A stretch of DNA of 47,931 nt from a virus (lineage: Duplodnaviria; Caudoviricetes): positions 1 to 47,931 of IMG/VR virus record IMGVR_UViG_3300025669_000056; one strand, 5' to 3'. The position numbers were made by a program, and so were the translations under genes. The notes beneath the pieces are model-generated. The model was not told where the DNA came from, ran no database searches, and saw nothing but the letters and a program-made list of their open reading frames with translations. Below, in pieces: positions 9,028 to 18,037 of the stretch. Position 1 is the first letter of the stretch. The number at the start of each line of letters is the position of its first letter.

Positions 9028-11501
9028 AACTCAACCTCCTCCAATCTTCCCCAATCCGGTCCAACCTTAAAGTCAACCGGGATTATAAGTTCTTTGCCAT
9101 GTATGGTCAATGGGATCTCCATACAGCGTTTCACTTCTTTCATTACAGCAAGACGATCTTTTGGGTCGCTCTGTACAATGACCTCATCGTGGTTGTTCAG
9201 CATGATTTGACATAGTGGAACCTCTGCGTTGATTGCTTTGATCCCGTCTTCAACGATCTCACCAACAGTACTCTGCGGAGAAAAGGCGTAAGCACTTCGG
9301 AAGAGACTGTCATTGAGCCTACCAAGGAACTGACGTTTCCGTCCGTAGGAACTGATGAGCGTTCTGGTTGCTCTGATCTTGTCTTCAACTCCACGTTTCC
9401 ACTCTCCCAACATAGGTGTCTGCTGCTTGTACCCTTCAAGTAACGTCTTACAGGTCAATGCCGGAAGGAAAACTTCCTCGCGAGCCATGATAACCATAAG
9501 CATTCCATAAGACATGTCATAGTTAGCGGCATGGACCACAGTCTTGCCAAGGTTTCTGAAAAATTTCATCGGTTTTGAAAGCTTTGCCACCGGAGAATAG
9601 ATCTCTTCTTTCGGGTTATAAATTTGAGCTGCACCGAAGCCAAAGATCCCTTTAGCTTTCTCCCAATGAACGTCGTAGGCCGGATTTAAAAACAGATCTA
9701 TGGTCTTCAGGTCTTTGGATTCCCACGCTACGACCCTGGCTTCTGCTTGCGAGAGGTCTGCTGCAACAAACTCTTTATTCGGATCTGCCATGAAGATAGA
9801 CCGGATAAGTGTTCCTTCAATAAGCCGTGAATTCGGGATGTTTTGGAGATTCCCTCCACTACCAAAGACTGATTCTGAAGAAGATAATCTCCAAGTTGAG
9901 ATAAATGAGTAAGAAGTCCTAACTCTACCGTCTCCGGCAATGGGCATGTCTGCGTAAGTTGACGCAAGTTTTCCAAACTTCCTGAAATTAAGCAACGATT
10001 GTAAGATCGGTTCATTAGGATAGCTCCTTTTAAGTTTGTTGAGAGCGTCTTTATCAGTCGTGGGTTTCTTAGTCTTGTAGTTGTATTGCTCTGGGAGACC
10101 AAGGCGCTGATAAAGAAGTTCTTGGATCTGCACTGGTGAGTTAAGGTTGTAGACCTTGCCGGTTTGTGCCACGACGAAAGCTTGTGCTTCCTTGGCTTTA
10201 GCATTGAACTCTATACTAAGGATTTTCTTCTGTGGAACATTCACGCGGACACCACGAATCATCATGGCAAGAAGCGACGGGATTCTTTCTCTCACCTTCT
10301 TATATCCTTCCCAGGTTCCGAGTTCCCTCGCGTTTCTTTTGGTGATCGGGAAGATTTCTCTGGTGGTGGCACAGTCTTTACAATTATAAGTAGCTTCCGC
10401 GATGTCTCCAGAGCGAACCCCAAGATGAACCTTGCCTTCGTCCTTGAAATACGGCTCCCATGTATAGATCGAGACAAGATTTCCAAGACCTTTGCGTATA
10501 TAAGGATAAGACGCATGGTGACACCACATAGTGTCATCATAGGTGTTATCAGCAACTCTAAGACCATAAGCTTTACCCAATACGGATAAGTCATAAGTAC
10601 CTCCTTGAAATATTTTCTGTGATGTTGTGGATAAGAAGACTTTTGAGATTTCCACAAGAATATCGGCTTCTTCCCACGATCCCCAGGCAAGCTTTCTCCG
10701 AAGGAGAAATGGAATGGTGAAGGCTCGCGAAGGGTGGTTTGAAAAACCTATATACCAGAGCATTGGACCATCTCTTCCAGGTAAGGTTTCGATGTCCACG
10801 GAGATGTAACCCTCGAAAGCTTGAAGTTCCTCCAGTTTATCAATGATCTCCGTGTAGGTGAGATCTACTTCGTAGGTCCGTTCCGGGTATCGGATCTCCG
10901 GGAACTCAGCTTGCTCTTGGATACGCTTAAGATCTATCAGGAAAACCGGTAAGATGTTTTGTTGTTGCTTTTTCTTCTCACCGAGCACCACTATGCCGAT
11001 CTCGTTGATAAGTTTGTTGACATCATCTGGATGAAAAGTTGGATAGACCTTAAGACCATCGACAAGAGTGCATGGGAGAACGGAGCCACGCCAATTGTTA
11101 AGGCGTTTCTTTCCGGTTAGGATCGTCATGGCTGTTTTGCCAAGAGCCACGATCACATTAGGCGGTGTAGGTGAAGCCAAGAGCTTCTTGAGATAAGCCT
11201 CGAAACGATCTATATGTTCCTGGCCTTCCCAAGTCGGCTTGGTACAACTCTTATCACGGAAGAAGTAGCCAATGCCGTGTGGTGGACGTTGAGAGAAAAC
11301 ATTGGTCAAGGTGACCGAAGGTTTTATGATCCCAGAGTCACGGAAGCACCGATTAAGAAGTTCTCCTCCACTGTCAAGGAAAGGCTTACCACGCTTCACG
11401 TCGAGAGCCGATGGACAATCCCCGACAAAGATGATCTTAGCGAAGGACGGACCGGACGGTGGGACATGTAGAGTGCGGAGTGAAAGATTCATGGTGTTCA
11501 T
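9015..11501 (-). CDS. polA: Family A DNA polymerase with N-terminal uracil-DNA glycosylase family 4-like domain and 3'-5' exonuclease
   Basis: UDG-like FVGDCP...GKPF...GELL, IVALGKTA, YPTFHP; ExoI VDIET, ExoII TYD, ExoIII YNCKD; RLSSS, NLQNIP, motif A DLSQAEAR, motif B RNLGKTVVHAANYD, motif C HDE. Confidence 0.95.
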   Translation of the reverse strand: MNTMNLSLRTLHVPPSGPSFAKIIFVGDCPSALDVKRGKPFLDSGGELLNRCFRDSGIIKPSVTLTNVFSQRPPHGIGYFFRDKSCTKPTWEGQEHIDRFEAYLKKLLASPTPPNVIVALGKTAMTILTGKKRLNNWRGSVLPCTLVDGLKVYPTFHPDDVNKLINEIGIVVLGEKKKQQQNILPVFLIDLKRIQEQAEFPEIRYPERTYEVDLTYTEIIDKLEELQAFEGYISVDIETLPGRDGPMLWYIGFSNHPSRAFTIPFLLRRKLAWGSWEEADILVEISKVFLSTTSQKIFQGGTYDLSVLGKAYGLRVADNTYDDTMWCHHASYPYIRKGLGNLVSIYTWEPYFKDEGKVHLGVRSGDIAEATYNCKDCATTREIFPITKRNARELGTWEGYKKVRERIPSLLAMMIRGVRVNVPQKKILSIEFNAKAKEAQAFVVAQTGKVYNLNSPVQIQELLYQRLGLPEQYNYKTKKPTTDKDALNKLKRSYPNEPILQSLLNFRKFGKLASTYADMPIAGDGRVRTSYSFISTWRLSSSESVFGSGGNLQNIPNSRLIEGTLIRSIFMADPNKEFVAADLSQAEARVVAWESKDLKTIDLFLNPAYDVHWEKAKGIFGFGAAQIYNPKEEIYSPVAKLSKPMKFFRNLGKTVVHAANYDMSYGMLMVIMAREEVFLPALTCKTLLEGYKQQTPMLGEWKRGVEDKIRATRTLISSYGRKRQFLGRLNDSLFRSAYAFSPQSTVGEIVEDGIKAINAEVPLCQIMLNNHDEVIVQSDPKDRLAVMKEVKRCMEIPLTIHGKELIIPVDFKVGPDWGRLEEVELCQE

Positions 11502-11758
11502 AAGGAAGCTTCCTCCTCTCTTCTTGTAGGGTTAGCACAGTGGCCTGGAATAAAAGTGTGTACTTCCAGGCTCTCTCCTGTGACCATGACTCCAACGTCG
11601 TGCCAATAGTCACAGTTGAAGTTACACCAATTCTGTGTAGCATCACACCAGACGGCGAGTCTTCTAAAGCGAGTCTTGGCGCGTTCCGTCGGTAGTTTCT
11701 CGATAGCTTCAGCTTTTGTCACTTGACTTCTCCTCCTTCTTACGAACTTTTGCCCCAT
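11498..11758 (-). CDS. Hypothetical protein (Cys/His, possibly Zn-binding)
   Basis: ORF overlapping the polymerase start; C-x6-C-x3-C...HC. Confidence 0.6.
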   Translation of the reverse strand: MGQKFVRRRRSQVTKAEAIEKLPTERAKTRFRRLAVWCDATQNWCNFNCDYWHDVGVMVTGESLEVHTFIPGHCANPTRREEEASL

Positions 11759-12161
11759 ATTTCACCATTGCTTCTTGGTCTTCTGGATGTGCTTTCCACC
11801 AAGTCATCCAACCTGGCGTTCCTGGGGTTAGCACATGCCATGAAGCTGGGGGAGCTGCCAGGGCCGGTGGTTCCACGACGATTGGCGGAACCTCTGGAAC
11901 CACAAGAGCCGCTGCTTTCTTCTTTGCAACGAGCTTCAAGATCTCAGCGGTAGTCATGCCGCTGGCCGTAACCGCAGCGTCGATCAGTGGGTCCACTTTT
12001 TTCCTTGACCTCTTAAGCTTTGCTTTCTTGACTTGAGATGGTGGGACCCACGATGTCAAGGACTCAACAACACGGAGATGCTCAAGCTCTATACGCTTAA
12101 GCAAAGCCTCGCGTGAGAGTTCTGAAGGAGCTAGGCCGATTATTGAGATTAGATTTTTCAT
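11709..12161 (-). CDS. Hypothetical protein
   Basis: Probable start MKNLIS at 12161 with ATGA overlap to the upstream ORF; Lys-rich and Pro-rich segments. Confidence 0.6.
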   Translation of the reverse strand: MKNLISIIGLAPSELSREALLKRIELEHLRVVESLTSWVPPSQVKKAKLKRSRKKVDPLIDAAVTASGMTTAEILKLVAKKKAAALVVPEVPPIVVEPPALAAPPASWHVLTPGTPGWMTWWKAHPEDQEAMVKYGAKVRKKEEKSSDKS

Positions 12162-12316
12162 AGGATTCCTGTGTCTATAAATATTCGAGCCGAAAGTATT
12201 CCTCCACCAAGTCCAGAAAAAATACACCACCATAAGGGAGCAGCAAAATAAGCATTTAGTGCCCCCAACAAACTTAAGGATAGAATAATTGTTATAAGTA
12301 TTAGCGTCTTAGACAT
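12158..12316 (-). CDS. Small two-TM membrane protein (52 aa, not in the ORF track)
   Basis: AAGGAG RBS; MSKTLILITIILSLSLLGALNAYFAAPLWWCIFSGLGGGILSARIFIDTGIL*; stop overlaps the next ATG. Confidence 0.65.
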   Translation of the reverse strand: MSKTLILITIILSLSLLGALNAYFAAPLWWCIFSGLGGGILSARIFIDTGIL

Positions 12317-12346
12317 CTCTCTTCTCCTTTTCTTTCCTTCCTAAGA

Positions 12347-12391
12347 AGAAAGGGGAAGTTTTCGAAGTCAATCTACTTCCTTCCCCTTTCT
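12347..12391 (-). terminator. Stem-loop, probable terminator after the SSB-like gene
   Basis: 12-bp perfect inverted repeat AGAAAGGGGAAG/CTTCCCCTTTCT with inner GAAGT/ACTTC. Confidence 0.55.
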
Positions 12392-12482
12392 AGTGTGTAC
12401 ATGCAAGACTTGCCGAAGAACGGTTTTTAGCCAAGACTCAAGCAGGTCTTACAAAAGGCCGTTGGTACGTTGCACGTTGTAC

Positions 12483-12950
12483 CTATGCACATGGCCTTGG
12501 CAAGGTGTTCATGCACAGCGCGTTGACCATCTTGTCTTCGTCTTTAAAGCTTGGTTCAACACGGACGTAGAACTGTGCGCGATCTCCTTGGTCGATCTCG
12601 ATCTCCGTTCCCTCTGGTTCGTGTCCAAAGGCGATGGAAGTCTTCTTCATAGCATCGAGCTTCTCATCGGTCTTGCTTTGACCATCGTAGAACTTTTCGT
12701 CATCGCCATTGACAGGGAAGGCCAGATATTTTGTGAGGCGCTTCCCGTGGAACTTCGGATTGTCACTGATGAGGGATAAGGCGATAGTGAGGTTATAGCC
12801 AGCACCTTCTGCATCTGGCCCACCTTCCTTAAGCTTCTTGTTCTCTGTCTTTTCTGGTTCGTTCACTACCTCAAAAGTGTACCATCCTTCGGATGCAACT
12901 TCTGGTTCTTGTATCTTGTCGAGGTCTTTGGGCATTTCAAATGTAGCCAT
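12483..12950 (-). CDS. DUF669-like single-stranded DNA-binding protein
   Basis: EPEVASEGWYTFEVV N-terminus, OB-fold-like pattern, acidic; lies downstream of the Sak4-like ATPase. Confidence 0.6.
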   Translation of the reverse strand: MATFEMPKDLDKIQEPEVASEGWYTFEVVNEPEKTENKKLKEGGPDAEGAGYNLTIALSLISDNPKFHGKRLTKYLAFPVNGDDEKFYDGQSKTDEKLDAMKKTSIAFGHEPEGTEIEIDQGDRAQFYVRVEPSFKDEDKMVNALCMNTLPRPCA

Positions 12951-13072
12951 TGTTAATTTCCTTTGTTTGTTGGTTTTTGCTCATTGACTAATCCTTCGTT
13001 TCTCTCTTGCCTTCGGGCCTTTAGGCCATAGAACCGGATGCCATGTCCTTTACCTCCTTTGTCACATTGTGA

Positions 13073-13417
13073 CTATTCTCCCCATATCCAGGTTGCTTTG
13101 ATAAGCTTCGCTTTGGTGTCTCTTACATAAGACATTCTTTTAACTGCTACGATAAGCTCATGTTCTTCCTCCGAGCCGTTAACCCTTAGCTCATAAGGAA
13201 CAACAACCGTGAACTTCTTCGGTAGATCTTCATCGTAGCGTAGCTCAAGATTTGTCTCGTAAGTATTTTGCATTGCGTAGACATAAGGCCAGCAGTCTTT
13301 GCCTCTCTGGGAGCCATAGTCATAAGGACCGATCCCACCGTCTTCCACGGTGACTTGGACCTGACTCCTTATGATACGCTTCATGGAATCAAGGATGTTA
13401 GAAGTTTCCTCTCTCAT
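13073..13417 (-). CDS. Hypothetical protein
   Basis: AGGAGG RBS; GGIGPYDYGSQRGKD motif. Confidence 0.65.
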   Translation of the reverse strand: MREETSNILDSMKRIIRSQVQVTVEDGGIGPYDYGSQRGKDCWPYVYAMQNTYETNLELRYDEDLPKKFTVVVPYELRVNGSEEEHELIVAVKRMSYVRDTKAKLIKATWIWGE

Positions 13418-13622
13418 CGTGGACCTCCTTTCTTCTCACCTTCCTGACAAAGTGGTGAGCATTTATGAAAAACCAATTAGCTCTTTGTGTTTTTCGTTCT
13501 GCCTCAGCAACGCTGAAGGTATTCGGACTTTTGTAGATAGTGGGAAGAAGCTCACGCTTTTTGCCGAGTATTTCATGCTCGTTGTCGTAAAGTTGCCAGT
13601 GTATTGTATAATTGTTTACCAT
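13398..13622 (-). CDS. Hypothetical protein
   Basis: AAGGAG RBS; tight packing with neighbours. Confidence 0.6.
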   Translation of the reverse strand: MVNNYTIHWQLYDNEHEILGKKRELLPTIYKSPNTFSVAEAERKTQRANWFFINAHHFVRKVRRKEVHDERGNF

Positions 13623-13626
13623 CTCC

Positions 13627-14427
13627 TTACCTCCTTTCTTCTGCGAGCTTCAGGATCTTCTGAAGTCCCGGATTTTCCTCTGAGAGATCCATCTCTACAG
13701 GATCTTCCCATAAGGCTCCCAGTGGCTTGTTATAGGTACTCTTAAGGAAGTTCATCCGGTCTGCATCTCCGGCGGTGTTCATGAAGAAGCGTAGCTTCCC
13801 ATCCTTCTGCTTTCTGAATGCTTCGTAAGATTCGTTGAAGAGAGAAGCTACATCGCTGCGGACCTTGCCCACCATCTTAGGATAATAGTGCAGCTTGTGT
13901 GTTCTCTTGTCTTCGTAGAGGTCTATGTGTCCGGTGAAGATGACGTGGCATGGGAGTGGGACAGCTTGCCTGATAAGATTCATCATTTGGTTCATCTGAG
14001 GGCCGTAGTGTGGTTGAGCTGGTCCTCCGCCTGGGGCTGTTGCCATCTTTTGACGATCTGAACCAGTCTGTTCAAGCGACCAATCCATCGCAAGATTGCC
14101 GAGCGACGAAAGTCCTTCCCACAAGACGAGATCATAAGGGAAGTCTTCTTTCTTTTCCGCTAAGGCCCAGAGTTCTTGAAGGATGTTGCAGATCTTTGTC
14201 CAAGGCTTAAGCCCACGGGCCTTATCCGGTGCTACCTGGATAACTTCGATGTCTGGATCGCTTTGCCTCGCAAGCCTGAAGTCCGTGTCTATGACGAGCT
14301 TTCGCCCAGGGATCGTGAGAGCTGCGGAAGTCTTTCCGCTGCCAGTCGGACCCACGATAAGACCTTTGAACTTGTTAATCGTGGGCAAGGAAGTTATGGA
14401 TTGTGCTGTGGAAAGGACGCTAGTCAT
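13627..14427 (-). CDS. AAA_24 / Sak4-like ATPase (ssDNA annealing/recombination)
   Basis: Walker A GPTGSGKT, LVIDTD, LVLWEGLSSL, HVIFTGH; context with nuclease and SSB. Confidence 0.8.
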   Translation of the reverse strand: MTSVLSTAQSITSLPTINKFKGLIVGPTGSGKTSAALTIPGRKLVIDTDFRLARQSDPDIEVIQVAPDKARGLKPWTKICNILQELWALAEKKEDFPYDLVLWEGLSSLGNLAMDWSLEQTGSDRQKMATAPGGGPAQPHYGPQMNQMMNLIRQAVPLPCHVIFTGHIDLYEDKRTHKLHYYPKMVGKVRSDVASLFNESYEAFRKQKDGKLRFFMNTAGDADRMNFLKSTYNKPLGALWEDPVEMDLSEENPGLQKILKLAEERR

Positions 14428-14556
14428 GACGGATTTCCTTTCTTTGAATACTTTCTTCCAAGAGCTGCTTGTAAATCCTTCTACTCAGTACAGCTTCTCG
14501 TATTAAGAATACTATGATAAGAACCTGTCCAACAATTAAGAGAAGTTTCAATGTAA

Positions 14557-14976
14557 TCATTTGGCTTCTCCCTTACATCTTACAACTGTAAGTCCATCTG
14601 CTCTACGCTCGATAAGATCTCCAACGTAGACCATTTCTTCTAAACCTTTGCTATCCACGATAGTCAGTTCTTCGAGTGTAGAACTTGGCCCCAGACTTCC
14701 GAGGCCAACGAAGTTCATCACATTGACCCTATTCTCACCGTCGTAGACAATGCTCTCCTGGACTTCATCTGGCTCGATTTTCCGAATTATGGACTTTGAG
14801 GCCCAGGCTGCTTCAGCCTCCGTCGGGTCAATGGAAATGACGAGGACTTCTTTCAGCTCATCACGTACAAGAACTTCAACATGATCTCCTACTTCAAGAT
14901 CTTCAATATCTGTGAAGTAAGCATAGCCTTTGGAAGAGCCGCTGCGGAAACTTACGAGTATGATTTTTGTTGTCAT
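14557..14976 (-). CDS. Hypothetical phage protein
   Basis: V.F...SKGYAY......LEVGD.V.V pattern common in phage early regions. Confidence 0.65.
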   Translation of the reverse strand: MTTKIILVSFRSGSSKGYAYFTDIEDLEVGDHVEVLVRDELKEVLVISIDPTEAEAAWASKSIIRKIEPDEVQESIVYDGENRVNVMNFVGLGSLGPSSTLEELTIVDSKGLEEMVYVGDLIERRADGLTVVRCKGEAK

Positions 14977-15002
14977 GGGGGGTTTCTCCTTTTGTGTAGT
15001 AA

Positions 15003-15404
15003 TTAAACTTCGTCAATAACTTTCTTTATCCAATCCAACATAGTTCTCTCGTCTCTCCATATGCCGTTATTGCGGCAAAATGTTACCACATCAGTTATTA
15101 AATCTTTTTGGTTACAACGTCCACGATTTGTTATATCTTCAAGATTGACTTTGGGAAAATTGGATCGTGGAGTAGTTCCTTCTTCTTTGAACTCAAAAGT
15201 ATACTTCTTTCCAGTTCTTACTTCCAAAGCTTCGATAAAATCATCTATCTTATCAACAATCTTATCTTCTTCGATTTTGATCTTCCCCTTTAGAGTATCA
15301 TCCCAGATAGGTTCATTCTGTAAGTCTTGTTTACGATCTTTCAAAGAATCTGTTCTTTCTTTGATAACTCTTAACTTTTCTGTACGTTCTGCTTTTGTCA
15401 TCAT
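15003..15404 (-). CDS. Hypothetical protein
   Basis: AAGGAG RBS; AT-rich; coiled-coil N-terminus. Confidence 0.65.
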   Translation of the reverse strand: MMTKAERTEKLRVIKERTDSLKDRKQDLQNEPIWDDTLKGKIKIEEDKIVDKIDDFIEALEVRTGKKYTFEFKEEGTTPRSNFPKVNLEDITNRGRCNQKDLITDVVTFCRNNGIWRDERTMLDWIKKVIDEV

Positions 15405-15418
15405 GATGAGTTTCTCCT

Positions 15419-15619
15419 TTAAGGTTTGTTGGTTGTAGCCAGTAAAAGTGATAGCGCCAAGTTATTCAGACTCTCTGAGATTTCCAGAATTGCGCAAGAC
15501 TCTGTGTTTTTGTTATAGATGGCGCAAGCTGTCTTGATGCACCCGTAAGAGTCTTTCGGACAGATCAGATCCGGCAGAAGTGGTTCTTTGACTGATGATC
15601 TTTGATCTTCTTTCTCCAT
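15419..15619 (-). CDS. Small Cys-rich protein
   Basis: CP.....C....CA.Y......CAI pattern. Confidence 0.55.
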   Translation of the reverse strand: MEKEDQRSSVKEPLLPDLICPKDSYGCIKTACAIYNKNTESCAILEISESLNNLALSLLLATTNKP

Positions 15620-15707
15620 GATAGATCTCCGAAGCTAAGAGTTTAATAAAAAGTTCTAGGTTGATGCCTGTTGTTAAGATGTAGGCTCTCTTTTTCATAA
15701 GGATGCC

Positions 15708-15779
15708 TCATGATTTGTTGCTAACGTAAGCTTCTACCAGGATAACCAAGACTATGATGATTGCGGCGACTTCGATCAT
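15708..15779 (-). CDS. Tiny single-TM peptide (23 aa)
   Basis: AAGGAG RBS; MIEVAAIIIVLVILVEAYVSNKS*; start overlaps the upstream stop. Confidence 0.45.
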   Translation of the reverse strand: MIEVAAIIIVLVILVEAYVSNKS

Positions 15780-15979
15780 GAGAGTTCTCCTTCTTTGGTT
15801 TCAAAGTGTAAGCTAAATTCTGTGTCTCCCCACATAGATCCATCAAGAAACTGACCCAACCATTCATCCATGGTTTCTTGGGATTGGTAGAAGTACCATC
15901 CGACAGACGGATAATACTTTGCAAGTAGGATCTTTTTTCCTGATGGCTCATGCTTAAGATACATCCGGTTATTAGCCAT
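15776..15979 (-). CDS. Hypothetical protein
   Basis: Start MANNRMYL coupled (TAATG) to the nuclease stop. Confidence 0.6.
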   Translation of the reverse strand: MANNRMYLKHEPSGKKILLAKYYPSVGWYFYQSQETMDEWLGQFLDGSMWGDTEFSLHFETKEGELS

Positions 15980-16932
15980 TATTCCTGTTCTCCTTCTCTT
16001 TTCCAGGGTTCCCATAAGTTCTCCCTATGACCGACGTTCTCGAAGCTCAAAGGATCTATCTTCTCCAGAGGCATGTCTCGCGTTCCTTTGCAGACTTCTT
16101 TGAAGAGACATACCGATTTACCTTTGCCTCCGACACAGTTCCCACTGTCACAAGTCCTAGGCCAGACCCACGATTTCCAGAAGAACTCGAACCTCAAGAG
16201 ATCGAATTGAAATCCCAAGATGAAATCGTCTAACTCTTTGGGGCTTCGTTGCTGAAGGGAACGTGTAAACCTTGGAGTCTGGCCTGCCTTAGCAACTTTC
16301 TTTGACGCCATGTTAACAAGTGCGCCGAACGTCGTGGAACCTTGGAGCTGACTATCATACCAGATATAGCCGGTAACTTGTGGGGAGAAGATAAAAGAAT
16401 CCAGGAAGCCTCTGGAAAGCCAACCTCCTTCAGACTTATCTTCACGGATCAGCACACCGTAGCCGGGCCATTCTATCCTGGCATCCATCGAGCCTCCGAG
16501 ATTGTAGGCTCTTTCCAGGAAGCTGCAAGCTGGAAGTGGGTAGATCCACCCTACCTCACCGCCTCCAGGTATAACGTGCCAAGGTTCCTTGGGGTAAAAG
16601 GTTGCGTAAGCATTGCAGAGACGTATGAGGTTCTCACGAGTGTTATCTCCGAAGGCGAAAGGAGCGTCGGTGTCCCAAAGGAGAAGTGCAGCGTCAAGTG
16701 CTAGGGGGAGCTTCCCCAGGTTACTCCCCGACTCATGCCAAATTCGTAAGAACTCATGATAAGCAGAGCCGAATGTAAAGTAAGCTGGCTTGCTCACGTA
16801 GTCGTAGCCACAAAGGAAGAAGTAGAGCTTCCTGGGGCATTGGAGGAGCTGACCTCGCATGGTGTTGTCCCATGTGAGGGGAGGGCCACGATGGTGAAGT
16901 TCATCGTTCGATAGGGGCAGAGAGAGAGTCAT
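15979..16932 (-). CDS. Cas4-like PD-(D/E)XK exonuclease with putative Fe-S cluster
   Basis: QCPRK, FGSAYHE, GGSMD, REDKS, QVTGY and C-terminal C-x4-C-x8-C-x5-C; probable start MTLSLP at 16932. Confidence 0.8.
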   Translation of the reverse strand: MTLSLPLSNDELHHRGPPLTWDNTMRGQLLQCPRKLYFFLCGYDYVSKPAYFTFGSAYHEFLRIWHESGSNLGKLPLALDAALLLWDTDAPFAFGDNTRENLIRLCNAYATFYPKEPWHVIPGGGEVGWIYPLPACSFLERAYNLGGSMDARIEWPGYGVLIREDKSEGGWLSRGFLDSFIFSPQVTGYIWYDSQLQGSTTFGALVNMASKKVAKAGQTPRFTRSLQQRSPKELDDFILGFQFDLLRFEFFWKSWVWPRTCDSGNCVGGKGKSVCLFKEVCKGTRDMPLEKIDPLSFENVGHRENLWEPWKREGEQE

Positions 16933-16948
16933 CTTGAACCGCCTTTCT

Positions 16949-17407
16949 TTAGCAAATGATAATCGTTTCTGTTGTTGTTTCTGTCTTTGTCTTTGACTCT
17001 TCTTTTTTAATAATCCTACACCTTGAAGACTGAGATGGATCAAACAAGATCCTGAGAAGACCATCGGAGGTGGAATTAGAAATCATCCCGTCAGACGAAT
17101 CTAAAGCATTGAAGAAATCTTCTTCCAGAAGACCTTGCTCCACTGCTTCTTCTATGAAAACATGGACTGATTCAGGAATAGAGTCATATTTTCCGAGCCT
17201 AAGATACAAATAGATCGGAAAAGAGAAGTCTCGCGTAGATTTCCTTTCAAAGCCTAAAGAAGCCCAAAGTTCTTGGAGTTTGGGGATAGAATCATAAGTT
17301 CTGATTTTTGCTGGTATGGACTTGAGTACGACTTGGTAATCTTTGAGAGCCAAAGCTCGATACTTTTTGTTTATTGATGTCTTCATCATCTTCTTACCTC
17401 CTTGCAA
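16949..17407 (-). CDS. Hypothetical protein
   Basis: ORF track; true start probably 17389 after GGAGG. Confidence 0.6.
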   Translation of the reverse strand: MQGGKKMMKTSINKKYRALALKDYQVVLKSIPAKIRTYDSIPKLQELWASLGFERKSTRDFSFPIYLYLRLGKYDSIPESVHVFIEEAVEQGLLEEDFFNALDSSDGMISNSTSDGLLRILFDPSQSSRCRIIKKEESKTKTETTTETIIIC

Positions 17408-17687
17408 AGATCTGGTTAATTCTTCTGTTGTGTCTTCCTAATCTCCTGGCCTTCTTTTTCTTTCTGGAGATCTTTCGGATGAAGGCTTCTGAGAGTTGAC
17501 AAGCCTTTGTAGGACTCCAACGACTTTTGGAAACTGCGGAAGTGAGCCGTTCTAAAGGCTCTTTCGGTTTCCTGAGCGCAAGAGGCGTAAGCCTTGGATA
17601 AAGGGAGCATAGATGATCGTACAAGGATCTTTTAACTGGCTGTTTTCCTTCTTTGTTTGTCTTTTCCACGGTAATTTCTCCTTTCAA
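17394..17687 (-). CDS. Basic hypothetical protein
   Basis: Arg/Lys-rich C-terminus; RBS suggests a GTG start near 17669. Confidence 0.5.
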   Translation of the reverse strand: MKGEITVEKTNKEGKQPVKRSLYDHLCSLYPRLTPLALRKPKEPLERLTSAVSKSRWSPTKACQLSEAFIRKISRKKKKARRLGRHNRRINQIFARR

Positions 17688-18010
17688 GGTTGTTTTGTCT
17701 TTTCCTTATACTTCGTGAGTAACATCTCACATACTACGGTCTTCGACCTATGCTCAAAGATTTCTAGATCTTTTACGAGGAAGAGATTAGCCTTTGAGAT
17801 GAAATAAATCTCATCTTGAGGCATGTGGGTATAAGTATAGATAGGTATTTCTCGGTAAGAGCCGACAAGAGTATAAGATTCCGCTCTTTTGAAGTTAGTT
17901 TTGATCTTGTGTGGTGGAGCTAGCAAAGCTAAGACCGGGGTAGCCCTGACTCCACAAACGTAGCAATAATTCTGAAACATCTTGCTTGATCCACAGTTTA
18001 GACAAATCAT
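17684..18010 (-). CDS. Zinc-ribbon protein
   Basis: CLNC...CYVC at the N-terminus; AAGGAG RBS. Confidence 0.6.
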   Translation of the reverse strand: MICLNCGSSKMFQNYCYVCGVRATPVLALLAPPHKIKTNFKRAESYTLVGSYREIPIYTYTHMPQDEIYFISKANLFLVKDLEIFEHRSKTVVCEMLLTKYKEKTKQP

Positions 18011-18037
18011 CTCAGTGGCTCCTTTGTTTAGTGTTGA

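Noticed and set aside
9015-11501. Modified-base (hmU or Z) genome implied by the UDG-PolA fusion
   Set aside because: No dCMP deaminase, thymidylate synthase-like, PurZ or dNTPase genes seen
15513-15698. 61-aa ORF overlapping the Cys-rich 15419 ORF
   Set aside because: Extensive same-strand overlap and weak RBS; could be real but is unsupported
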